A DNA stretch of 64,000 nucleotides from Lytechinus pictus (taxonomy: Eukaryota): the NCBI RefSeq assembly GCF_037042905.1, contig NC_087245.1, forward strand, positions 28,584,001-28,648,000. Direction: 5' to 3'. Under the pieces are notes generated by a model. That model made no database searches, had not been told where the DNA came from, and worked only from the letters and a program-made list of their open reading frames with translations. Of this stretch, positions 1 to 11,488 are shown one piece after another; the first letter of the stretch is position 1; each line of letters opens with the position of its first letter. Both the position numbers and the translations under genes were made by a program.

Positions 1-1509
1 GGGAGATAGGGTGGGCCGTGGGGATGGTAGTAAATCTGCAGGTATAGTCTGATCCTTGACAGGTACAAGTATGATATCAAATTCCAACTTTATAGTCTAG
101 TTCTAGACCATTTTTAAATTGAATTCTTTATTCACCCAGCGTACGCAAAGCCGACTGAAGCAACCCCAAAAACCTGCACTTCGCATTCACAGTCTGTGAA
201 TAAAGAATTCAATAAAGAGTCAACAATATCTGGAACTCCTAGTCTCGAAACCAAAATTTTTTAACAATCCAGGACTTTGCACATGCTATTTATAATGTAT
301 CGTACTGCAAGATCTAGTATAAATAAACAATTTTTTTCAAACCAATTATGTAAGAGTCATATAAACATGAACAAATATATAAAAAGGAAAGGAGAGTTGT
401 TTCAAATTTATTAGAAATCAATAAACATTCTAAAACTATAATTCATAATAGAAAATTGGTACAAAACTATACACATTTGCATTCACTTTCATTCTTTAAT
501 GAGGTATATCTATTTTCATTTCACATATGCAGTGGGGAATTTTTAAAACCTGTTTAAACTGCCAACCCCCCCCCCCCCATATCTATTAGCTGAACACTGT
601 ACTTTCAATTTCAAAATAAAACAAAAAACGTGTCCTTGTGATCAGGTCATAAAAATCACCCCCTTGCTTGCAGACATCGATGGACATTTGATAGATTATT
701 GACCCCTAGAAAACAATTCCTGCAAACAGCCTTGACTGGAAATATAATGTAAATGTACATGTATTTGCATTTATTCTTCTTTAACAGACATTCATGATAT
801 ATTACTGGTATTGCAGAAGCTATGAATTGGAACAAAAATGTCACTCTGGAATACCGTAACTATTGAAAATTGGTCATTAAATTGTAAATGCAAAGTACTG
901 AAATATAATGAATTTGGTTTATTAACATCTATCTTAGTTATAAAGTCTGATGATTTGCTTTTTAAGCAAGAATTATCCAGATATATATTTATGACACCAA
1001 TGCAGATCATACGTTGTATACCATTACAACACAAGGATTCCAACAATCTATAAAATAAGACACCAACAATTTTTACTTGAATAGGCATAAGACATTTAAT
1101 CTAAAAATTTTCCTTCAAAATAAAGAGGTCGATAATCAGAGATATCAACCTTTTTTGTACTGTGCCCTGTACATGACAATTAATATATTGCTATTAGCGC
1201 CCCCATGAGGACTTTCTAGGCTATGTTTATCATTTGTTTACAGGAGTGTATATAAACTCCTCAACCTACTTGAAAGACTGCTACATACCTGTATTACACA
1301 AATATAAAGCTTACTTAATCCAAAATTACCACTATAAAGTACTGTAGCTGAAAGCATGATATAAGTATCTAAGCTAATTGTGCTTGGTTTTCTAAATTAC
1401 CACTTATCAAGTGATATTCAACATCTCACCCTCCAAATACTTGCATCATACAATCTGAATGTAATCAAATTTGGGTAAATCTGAATACGGGGAAGTGGTA
1501 ATATTTTGC

Positions 1510-1935
1510 CAACATTCCATTTGCTCTCATCCCACATGGTCTGATCCTAGTTCGTCTACAAACGTTTGTCTATTAAGTATTTGGTCTGACTGCCACTAAG
1601 CCATTTCTCATTTTGTCTCATTTCCAATTAGGCTATTACAATTTTGTCAAAAACACTTGGTCTAACAATTTTGTCAAAATACACTTAGTCTAACAATTTT
1701 GTCAAAATACACATGGTCTAACACCACTTAATAATCTACATGATAAGATGATTTTTTTAATGAAGTTTTTAACAACTTTCTACTTGACACCAAGTATGAA
1801 AAAGTAGGCAGACAAAGTGGAAATTAAGGTCATCCAGCCATTAAACCAATTGACATGTGACCAAAGTGAGTAATGACAAAATGATGGTTGGACAAAGTGG
1901 CGAATGGACCAAATTTACAGTAGACCAACTGGGTT
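1510..1935. repeat. Degenerate inverted array of TTGGTCTA / TAGACCAA-like units (old MITE)
   Basis: GGTCTA-type units on the left half and GACCAA/GACAAA units on the right half; a 28-29 bp tandem ACAATTTTGTCAAAA(T)ACAC at 1638-1722. Confidence 0.5.
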
Positions 1936-2565
1936 TAGCCACGATGGTGTAACTTGTAACACAAATTTTCTCCCAAGTCAAATAGGTTTCTGGGGTCCCA
2001 AGAGATTCAACTTTAGGTAATTAACTTTACCCACTTGTCCAGTTCACTTGTAACAAGCTCAATAAGAAAACCTACACTATCAAGGTGAAAATTAATTGAT
2101 TTTATCATGTAACTTAACTCACAACTAGTGGAATATATTACACAATAATCAATGCTTATAATGGGTTCAATGGAAAGAATATTTCACGAGGTGAAAGATG
2201 AAGATCCATTCAACGAGGTGTAGCCAAATGAAGTATTCTGTCCATTGCACGATTGAAAACAAACTTATTTGACTATGCATGATTGCCTGATAAAATATAT
2301 TCGATCATATTGCAAAACTTGGATGGGTAAATTGTCAACTGGAAGTGCCGACAGGAAATCTTGTCTGCATTCCTGAAGTTGCGCAAATTTCAAATAGAAT
2401 GATTGTTTCATCCTCATCCTCCGAACTTAAAAAGTTCATTAAGTTATATAATCAGGAAATGAAACAGTTGAAATAACCCTCTACGATACTAGAATTCAAA
2501 ATTACTCTTTTTTTGACGAGGTAAAATATTACAATTCAAGCTTGATCACCTAATAGCACCTATTA

Positions 2566-2712
2566 GGGCATTGTTTCATCAAGAGTTTACAACTAATGTT
2601 ACTTTGCCATTACCATGGTAACTCGGTAAAGCAGCCAATCAAAATAAAGTTTTCCATGGTAGTTACAATACAGTAATAGCAAAAGGTTGCAGTAGTTTTT
2701 ATGAAATGGGCC
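2566..2712. mobile_element. Short MITE family E (GGGCCCrTTTCAT termini; internal TACCATGGTAAC and CAGCCAATCA)
   Basis: Terminal inverted repeats GGGCATTGTTTCAT / ATGAAATGGGCCC; homologous copies at 39123-39281, 50664-50825 and a partial inverted copy at 63150-63262. Confidence 0.7.
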
Positions 2713-3274
2713 CTAGACTCAATAATCAAACTACACTGAACTTTAATGAAGTTAATTAAGATGGGCAGTGAAGTACTAGATGGCACATCCATATTAATTT
2801 CCCACTCTTTCCTTGCTCATAATAACATCATCGCCAACCATTTGCAGATCATATTCATATTCAAACAAATCCCTTGTCACAAAAGACTACTCTATACATG
2901 AATATAGTGTATGCCATCTATCTATATGAAAGACACAGCTTATATATCATATAGGCAAAGCACGAACCAAGTTTAAACCCTGCTAAAACACCCAAAACTC
3001 AATGCCACATTTGCCCTGGTGACAACTGCATCGCTTCCTCTCAGCTCAAAAGATGATTTATTCCATTACGATAAACAAATAGACATAAGTATTAAACTGG
3101 GTTTGATTAAGACAATTTGGTCCAGAACAGGGTCTGAAAGTAAAGACTTCAATAGTCTTGGAGAAGGAATAGGGAACTTAACAGAGCAAATGCTGTATCC
3201 ACACAATTTTTCTTATCTAGAGCCCAAAACCAGCCTCCTCTAGGTTTTAAATCCACATTGGATGAGGATAGACC

Positions 3275-5950
3275 TCATGAAGTAAACTCTTTCTCACGCT
3301 TAGCCTTCATAGCTTCGGCCATCCAGTCCAGCTGAGCCAGGAGCTTCTCGGCCCCTTTCTCCATGTACTCGTTGAGGGGTTTCCCCTCTTTGCTGATAGC
3401 GTTACCGACGTTGGGGATGCCAAAGATATTGGACACGCTGATGCAGCCCATTTCGCCCAGGAATGCCCTCAGCTGAATGGCGGCCCTCATCCCACCATAA
3501 GGACCTACGGGAATGAGAGAAAAAAAATCAGGTGATGACTTGCTTTGTCATGTGATCATATATCAGACACATGTCAGGTACAGCATGGACCTACTACAGT
3601 ACTCTGTAGGTCCATGGGTAGATCTACAGAGATGCCAACGTTCTTCAACCACAACAACAAAAGTAGAAGGAACAAAAAGGGATGGATGAGAGCAAAGATA
3701 ACCAATTTAATAAATGAAACTTAATACAAATGGTTTATGACACATTTTAATCTTTTTTTATTTATTCTTAGAGAAAATTTCAATTTCACATTTGAGTAAG
3801 ATTTAACACACACTCTGTAATGCTTTATTAATATTTACTCTAATACAGACCCTTTGAACAAATAATTGTTTTAGATTTAGTTCACTAATTAATGTCTGAA
3901 AGTTATATAAGGCTGTATCCTCAAATTTCCTACCTATTAGATGCAAGCGGGTGAAGTTGTGTATCATTTATCGAAAAAGAAAAAATAGTCAAATTATCGA
4001 ACACTCCCTTTCTCTTATCATTGTATTTTTGGCATGATCAAATTAACATTTTCTCTTACGTACCACTTGTTAAGAAACCATTTTTCACACAAATTTATGA
4101 CAAATAATGTTCCTTAGATTCACAACAACTAGACAAGACTTTGAATATTGCATAGATCTGGGGCTGTAACAAAGAGAAATAGCCATGCATAATATTTAAA
4201 ACGATAGTATCTTTTATTTGCACATGGTTGCCAGACTTACAGTTACACACGTTGTACAATTTACTGATTGTATCTTTTCTAAAACAGGCCCCTGGTAAAA
4301 TGAAAAATTACTAATTTGGAAGAATACAGGGAACACCAGTTTACCTGGGGAGTAACATACGATCCCCGAAGGCTTGTAGCTGAAGATAGACGCAGGGAAG
4401 TAATCAAATAGATTGCTAAGACCTGGTGGGATGGAGTGATTGTACTCTCCAGAGACCACAACATAACAATCGGCAGCAACGATCTTTGTCTTTGCTTCCT
4501 GAAGGATAGCAGGGGCTTGCGTCTGGTCCGTGTAGAAGTGCAACGGTTTGGTCAGGATTGGAAGATTCAGTTCCTGTGCATCTGTGGAATTTGAAAGATT
4601 ACAGAAATTGGTTGGAAAGGAGAAAAACAAGCGAGGTTTCAATTCCAGAATATTGTAAAGACACCCCTGTGCAGGTGGGAGATTACTCACAATTTTCACT
4701 TTATGCAAACAAACCAGCTTCTGTGATTGGATTGCTCTCTTTTTTTAAATCAAACAATTACAACACAATGTTATACAATTTGAGCAGATTTTTGTGTTTT
4801 GTACCAAGCCCCTGAAAATTTCTTGAAATCTAACTAAGACAGGAATCTACTGTCAACTCTCATTGTAATCTCATTCAGCTCTGCAGGCCCGGGGGGGGGG
4901 GGGGGGGGCAGTTCCATTGATGAGTGGATACCATGCGTGACCAAAAACATGTAAAAAGGATCTCTCTTCCAATATAGGGCATGTTACATAAGTAACGTAA
5001 TAAGGGTGTCAAAAACTCTCAAATAATGAAAAAAAAGATATTTCGCTAGGAAAACTATATGTGCTTGCGAGGGTATAAAAAGACTAAAATACTCTATAAA
5101 GGATGTACTTTTTGCCCCAACACTACGTGTTTAGGGTCCAAGTTGAGCGAGGTGTGGGGAGGTACTAAACCCAATGAAAGTAAAGGTAAAGCCGACGTCC
5201 ATGATCATGCCCGTGACATAACAATTAGATCTAAGATATCGTTGTACTTGTTTAGGGGGTCGATTCAGGGAATACTTGTCAAGGGTACATTTTTTGTTTC
5301 AAATACACGATAGGGTTTGACATGCCAATACTTTTAAGAGGTGCATTTTTTCAGAACATGGAAAATAATTGTTTAGGATGCTTTTCGAAACCCCATGGTT
5401 ACACATGGTATCTACTCGTCGATGGAAGTGCCCACCCCCACCCCCCCCCCCAGGTCTGCAGGTGTTTGCAAGAAAATATTTGCAATCAATTGCAAATTTC
5501 AGATGCAAATTTACAATACAGATTAATTTTAAATAGTAAAAGTAAAAACAAATAAATTTATTATTGTTGATGCAAGTAGCAGACCATCATAGATCTACCT
5601 ACTACTACTACTACTACCGGTAGTAACTTTAGAAATTATTGATTTGGGGCTAAATTTGACTTACATTGCAACTTTGTAAGTAAAATTTATGCAATGGCAT
5701 TGAGACTAAGAGCAACAACTTAATTGTTCACAAAATGGGCTAAACATATCACTAAGCTATAACTTGAGCTAAGATAGGGCATGAGTATTAGGAATTAGGC
5801 CTCGACTATATTTGTTATACCCATAAAATGCACGTCATGTCCTCTTGCTTTCAGTTGGTTGATCATGAAGTTTGCCACTCGAATCCCGACTCGTCCTTCT
5901 CTGCATGTTCCCAGGAACAGAACTACTTTCAATCCGCTTTGTGTTGCCAT
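3275..5950 (-). CDS. NAD(P)H-dependent FMN reductase / quinone reductase-like flavoprotein (flavodoxin-like FMN_red family), 3 coding exons, 198 aa
   Basis: Exons 5950-5821, 4581-4345 and 3504-3275 have GT-AG boundaries and consistent phase (130+237+230=597 nt). The protein starts MATQSGLKVVLFLGTCREGRVGIRVANFM and contains SGEYNHSIPPGLSNLFDYF, YKPSGIVCYSPGPYGGMRAAIQLR. These match the G(S/T)xRxG FMN phosphate loop, the EYNxSxP motif and the KP..GG.RA motif of the family. Confidence 0.92.
4888..5454. mobile_element. Non-autonomous DNA transposon (MITE family A), intron 1 of the reductase gene
   Basis: TIRs CCCGG(G)n-CAGTTCCATTGATGAGTGGATACCATG / CATGGTATCTACTCGTCGATGGAAGTG(C)nAGG, with 8-bp TSD TCTGCAGG at 4880-4887 and 5455-5462. 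Two more copies lie in the window. Confidence 0.9.
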
Positions 5951-6098
5951 GACCTGATCTGATGTGTCTTTTTTCTAAGCAATTAAGCCAGTGCCAAGTA
6001 AATATATGCTACTAAAGTGAAGTAAAAGTTTTGTCCTCCAACTTAACCATCGAGCGAACGCTGTCAACACGTCGGGCCAGGTCGGGCTTCTTTTGCGA

Positions 6099-6223
6099 TA
6101 GACCAAAAGCTTCAGTCTCTGTATTTTGGTTGTTCCGCTGAACTGCGTTGGCTCCACTCACCTAATGGGGATTAAAGTAAAATGTCAGAAATTGTTGAAT
6201 AAATCCCCAGAAACGACGGTTAT
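6099..6223 (+). repeat. Dispersed repeat D (probable transposon end, TA-GACCAAAAGCTTCAG...)
   Basis: Near-identical inverted copy at 57085-57204 and a diverged copy at about 16003-16066 (shared TTGGTTGTTCCGCTGAACT..GTTGGCTC). Confidence 0.8.
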
Positions 6224-6749
6224 TCCTGTCTACTTTTGCGATTGCAAAGGGATACCGTATCATGCATGCGCAGGCCAGGCGATGTTTCTTCGGTCGTCTT
6301 CTCCAAGCTAGCTTTGCAGCAAATGAGAGTGGCATATATGCTTACCAATGAGTGTGGCATATGCCTACCATGACTAAGCAATTTTCCCCTGATGTTGTGT
6401 GGTCTCCCGCAGCAAGTCAACTGACCTGAAAAGAGCATAGAAATGGCCGGCCATGGAGCGGGGATCGGAAGTAATGCACGTGCACAGCTCACTAAAGTAA
6501 ATAATCAAAGTGGGCGTGGTCGTGGCCGATCCGACACATCTCTTCAATTTTACTTTGACTGTCCCCAACTGTCAGTCTACGCAGTTTTGTCTTTCCATCT
6601 CATAATTTCTCCAAACCAAAAACCTCATGTTCGTCGACTTTTCTCTATCCCTTTACCCGATCATTCTCCAGAAACAAAAATATACAGACAAAACATAGCG
6701 CCGGCAGGCCATTATCTTTAACCGATTTATGATCCATGTAGATTCCTCC

Positions 6750-7150
6750 CCCGGGGGGGGGGGGGGGGCAGTCAAATGTATTGCTGTACACATGCGTGAC
6801 CAAATTACACCCCCTAAACGAGTTTTTCCCTGTGTGGAAAATAACCCCCTATACATTTTTTTTCGCGGGCTGATCATTTACACATTTTGGCCCCGAAACA
6901 AGTTGTCTCCAGAATATGACCCCTAAAAAAGTTTTGTACAATCGGGAACTGCAACCCGAACACTTTAAAAACAAGGAGGAAAAAGCCCTGGGGGAAAAAT
7001 CTTAGGGAAAAAAGCATACCCTAAACACTTTTTTGGCTAGTCTTCAAAAAAAGAAAAAAGCTTTGGGAAAAAAAACCATACCTAATAAACACGTTTGGCT
7101 AGACTTAAAAAAATAAGCTTTAGAAAAAGTAAAGCATATACCCTAAATAT
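6750..7150. mobile_element. MITE family B, 5' half, ending where the family C nest begins
   Basis: Left TIR and interior are collinear with 44943-45200; no right TIR was found after the nest. Confidence 0.75.
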
Positions 7151-7423
7151 ATAAGTATAGGGGAGGGCGGGGTAAGTTGCGCATAGGGGCAAGTTGAGCC
7201 ACCACCCCCAGGCTAAGAATGAATGAGTCAGAAATTGTGGTGGTGTCATGCATTGATGATCCATTACATAACCCTTGACCCCACCACATTGTTTTCAACT
7301 TTGAAACAAAAAGTACCTTTTTAGAGGAAAAATTTCAGCCAAAAAAGTAAAAAAGGGTGTGAAATAGATATGTGCTTTTTACCCACACACGTTTTAAAAT
7401 ATAATAAAGAAATAAGAACAATA

Positions 7424-8408
7424 GGGGAAGGCGGGGTAAGTTGAGCATAGGGGCAAGTTGGGCCACCACCCCCAGGCCAATAATGATTGAGTCAGACATT
7501 ATGGCGGTGTCATGTATTGATGACCCATTACATAACCCTTAACCCCACCACATTTTTTTCAACTTTGAAACAAAAAGTACTTTTTTAGAGGGAAAATACA
7601 AATTTCAGCCAAAAAAGTATAAAAAAAAGGGTGTGAAATAGATAAGTGTTTTTTACAAACACACGTCTTTACATATAAAAAGACATAAGAACAACATTGT
7701 CAGTCCAGGTATGGATCTTAATTCTTGTCACAGTCTTTTACATGATGGATGCATAAGAAATGTGTTGATGCGAAATTATCGCATTAATTTCGGACTGGGG
7801 TAAGTTGAGCCAGCCAACATGGGGCAAGTTGAGCCATGGTAATTCTTATGGTAATGTAAATAAAAAAAACAATCAAACCTTAAAAAGCCATCGATATGCA
7901 GGCAGAAAAGAGCAAATTCACATGACAGTTCTTTTACTTTTAGAGAATGTTAGTATTTATAGAGAATTAGCAAGTGAAAAGACTTTAAATTGGCTGGCAT
8001 GCTGGTTCTTCCCGCATACATTTTGTACATAGTTTTTGTGGCTCAACTTACCCTAGAACAGTAGCGTACCGTGAACCGCAGGAGACAAAGCATTGGGGGG
8101 GCAGTGCATTGTCTGTGAACAATGCTTTGCCCCCCCCCCCCAATGCTTTGTCTCCTCTGAGTCACGGTACGCTACTGCCCTAGAAGGTGGCACAACTTAC
8201 CCCACAGATGGGGCAAGTTGTGCCACTTGACATCGTTTTTTTTTCAAAGGTCACAACGACTTTCAGTGTGGGGGTAGAACGTTATAGGTGAAAAAGATTT
8301 CCCAAGAATCATATTCAAAGGCAAAGTACTTATTTCTACAATATTATTAGTCATATCAATTCTATCATGCAAAATGCAAAAAGTGTCACAACTTACCCCG
8401 TCTTCCCC
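7424..8408. mobile_element. MITE family C, inner copy inserted into the outer copy
   Basis: TIRs GGGGAAGGCGGGGTAAGTTG / CAACTTACCCCGTCTTCCCC with TA duplication at 7422-7423 and 8409-8410. Confidence 0.9.
8059..8177. mobile_element. 119-bp palindromic hAT-like MITE
   Basis: CAGTAGCGTAC...GTACGCTACTG termini, near-complete hairpin and 8-bp TSD CCCTAGAA (8051-8058, 8178-8185). It is absent from the equivalent site of the outer family C copy near 8775. A related terminus occurs at about 20313. Confidence 0.9.
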
Positions 8409-9237
8409 TATTGTTAGTCCAGGTATGGATTCTCATTCTTGTCATAGTCTTTTACATGATGGATGCATAAAAAATGTGTGGATGTGAAAATATCGCATTA
8501 AGTTTGGACTGGGGTAATTTGTGCCAGCCAACATGGGGCAAGTTGAGCCATGGTAATTCTTATGGTAATGTACATGTATAATGAAAAATAAAAAAAAACC
8601 TTAAAAAAGCCATTGATATGCAGGCAGAACGGAGCAAATTCACATGACAGTTCTATTACTTTTAGAGGATGTAATATTTATAGAGAATTAGCAAGTGAAA
8701 AGACTTTAAATAAAAAATTGACATGCCGGTTCTTCCCGCATACATTTTGTACATAGTTTTTGTGGCTCAACTTACCCCAGAAGGTGGCACAACTTACCCC
8801 ACAAATGGGGTAAGTTGAGCCATTTGACACCGTTTTTTCAAAGGTAACAAAGACTTTCAGTGTGGGGGTAGAAAATTATATATAGGTGAAAAATATTTCT
8901 GAAGAAATTCTTCAATATTATTAGTCATATCAATTCTAACATGCAAAATGCAAAAAGTGTCACAACTTACCCCGCCTTCCCCTACACTTAAAATATCTTG
9001 TATTTTTTATGGTCGAAAAGTGTGAAATAAAGATTTAACCAGTTTTCTCAGACATCTTTGGAAAATCCGGCAGCAGAGTCCGTGTCAACATTTATAGACG
9101 TTAAAGAAAGTGAGAGGGATGGTGTGCGTCAGAGACGTTCAGAGAAAACGGAAAAGAGGAATCGAAAGGAAGGAATTAACTTATCCTTTAATTTCTTCTC
9201 ATCATGAATAAGCCCTCAACTAGATTCTTGATTAGTC

Positions 9238-9761
9238 CCCGGTGGGCCACTTACATTGACGAGTGGATACCATGCGCGACAAAAAAAAAAACACGTAATT
9301 GATGTCTTTTTCAAGATAGGGCACGTTACGTACGTAACGTGATAAGGGTGTCAAAAATAATGAAAAAAGGGTATCTATTTCGCTAATAAAGCTACGTGTT
9401 TAGGGTCATATTTGCAGGGATGATAAAACAAAAACAAAAAAAGGATTTAGAGTCCCGATTTGCGCGAGGTGAGGAAGGTGGGGCCGTACTAAACCAAATG
9501 GTGTGTAAATTAGGTAAAACCGACGGACCCGTGACACAACAATAAACATGATAAAATATCGCTGCTTGTTTAGGGGTTCATTTCAGGGAATACTTGCCAA
9601 GAGTATATAGTTTTGTTTCAAATACTTGTTAAGGGTATGGTTAGACTCCAATACTTGTTAAGGGGTGCATTTTCAGAACATGGAAAATACGTGTTTAGAG
9701 TGCTTTTCGAGACCCCGTGGTCGCGCATGGTATCCACTCGTCAATGGAAGTGGCCCCCGGG
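9238..9761. mobile_element. MITE family A copy 2
   Basis: Same TIRs and interior as 4888-5454; 8-bp TSD GATTAGTC at 9230-9237 and 9762-9769. Confidence 0.9.
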
Positions 9762-10017
9762 GATTAGTCTAGCTGCCAATCATGGAGCTGGCATAAGCAA
9801 GTTAATTAAACTATATATCCCATGGAGATTTTTCCACTTTCATATACAAGTTTTTAAGGGAGTGATAATCGCGGCAAAATGAGCCAAACATTTTGTGGGG
9901 GCTAGATATTGCGTATCACGTTACATTTATAAAAAGTTGCATGCGAGCGAGAATCAAAAGTGTGCAAGCAAATGTACGACACATGGCGGGCCCTTGAAGA
10001 ATTTTCAGATAAATGGC

Positions 10018-10215
10018 ATGATCACCATCATTATCATCATGACCATCATCATCGCCACAACCTCATCATTATCCTCACCACCACCAAAATCATTATCATC
10101 ATCATCATCACCATCACCACCTCATCTTTATCATACTCATCTTTATCAGCATCAGCATCATCATCACCAACTCATCCTAATCAACATCACCACCACCTCA
10201 TCACCACCATTCATT
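10018..10215. repeat. (CAT/CAC)n trinucleotide microsatellite
   Basis: Directly visible. Confidence 0.9.
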
Positions 10216-10504
10216 AACTATATTACTGAAGGCCTTCAGTATGATTGGAGTCAAAAGGGCTTACTATAAAAACATTACATTAATTATTAGTTAATTACTA
10301 ACTAAGAATATCATTCAAAGTATCTTCTTTAGGGGCTTGAATAACTGATTGTGCAACTCGTCACAACCACTGCAAATCGTGTGAACAATGTATGGTTACT
10401 GAATGGAACATAACCAGTTGTGAAAGTCCCTCACTACCTGACTGGGCTTGGGACAGGCCCATTTTGTAGCAAAAAAGCACACAGAAATAGGGTACTAGTA
10501 ACAT

Positions 10505-10699
10505 CAGAGCTGCCAATCTGAATAATCCAGTATTTTCAAAGCTGAAAATCAGTATTTTGGTGAGGAAATCAATATTTTCAAAGTAACATAAGACAACACA
10601 TAAAACTGAAACTTTAGAAATCAGTATTTTGCATGAAACCATCAGTATTCTCATTGATCAGTACTAAATACACAAAATCTGTACTACTTGGCAGCTCTG
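10505..10699. mobile_element. Short hAT-like MITE with internal CAGTATTTT repeats
   Basis: Perfect 12-bp TIRs CAGAGCTGCCAA / TTGGCAGCTCTG and several (AT)CAGTATT subterminal repeats; no clear TSD. Confidence 0.7.
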
Positions 10700-11488
10700 T
10701 GATAGCAAATATATTGGAACAAAAAAAGTAAAATACAACAAATCATACTTCCATCTTTTAAAACCACAGTTGGTATTTTGTATAGGCATTTACATCTCCA
10801 CCCAAACACCATCCCTGAGAATAATAGTTATAAAAGTATATTCTTTACAAACAAACAGCTGAAACCCATATTTTTTTCAGTTTTGACTTTTTATTAATAT
10901 CACATCTGAATAATTACCACAGATAAATGCATCACACCTTAAATCCTGGTATTCATGGCACATGGTAAGCATATATATATAATGCCAAATGAGAGCAAAC
11001 TTTCAATAACAGAAAATTCAGTAGTTTCTTCAGAGGGGAAACACAAGATGTTGATGTGTACATTGGGATTCCAAGTGTAGTTGCAATGTTATACATTTCT
11101 ACTTTTAAGTACTCCTACACATATGGACTAATAAAAGTAAAGTGGATTGTGCTTTGAGCATACAACGTAATTTAAGGCAATCAAGATCATTATACACAAA
11201 AATAATAAGAGTATCTAATACTATAACTAATTTCAGATCAATTTGTGACAGAATCGATAAAATAAAATCTTCACTTTAAAATTTGAATGGGCTGGCATGA
11301 AACGAACCCTTTACAAAGTTCAAAAATCTCTTTACGATCAGTGTACCTCACCATTGGTTTCTGAATGAAATACTGATCATAGGATTTATTCTGAAGCAAA
11401 ATGCACCAAATATCTGAGAAAATATCATCTTGCAATACATTATGCTTCACACATCTTGTCATATACAACTGGATAACAACAATTTCAA

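Larger units (their letters stand above)
7160..8982. mobile_element. TA-targeting MITE family C, outer copy (interrupted)
   Basis: TIRs GGGGAGGGCGGGGTAAGTTG / CAACTTACCCCGCCTTCCCC flanked by TA on both sides. Segments 7160-7423 and 8409-8982 together are collinear with the inner copy. Confidence 0.9.

Noticed and set aside
4214..4708. 164-aa ORF as a complete single-exon protein
   Set aside because: Only 4581-4345 is exon; the flanks are intronic read-through.
9895..10269. His/Ile/Ser-rich ORFs
   Set aside because: Produced by a (CAT/CAC)n microsatellite.
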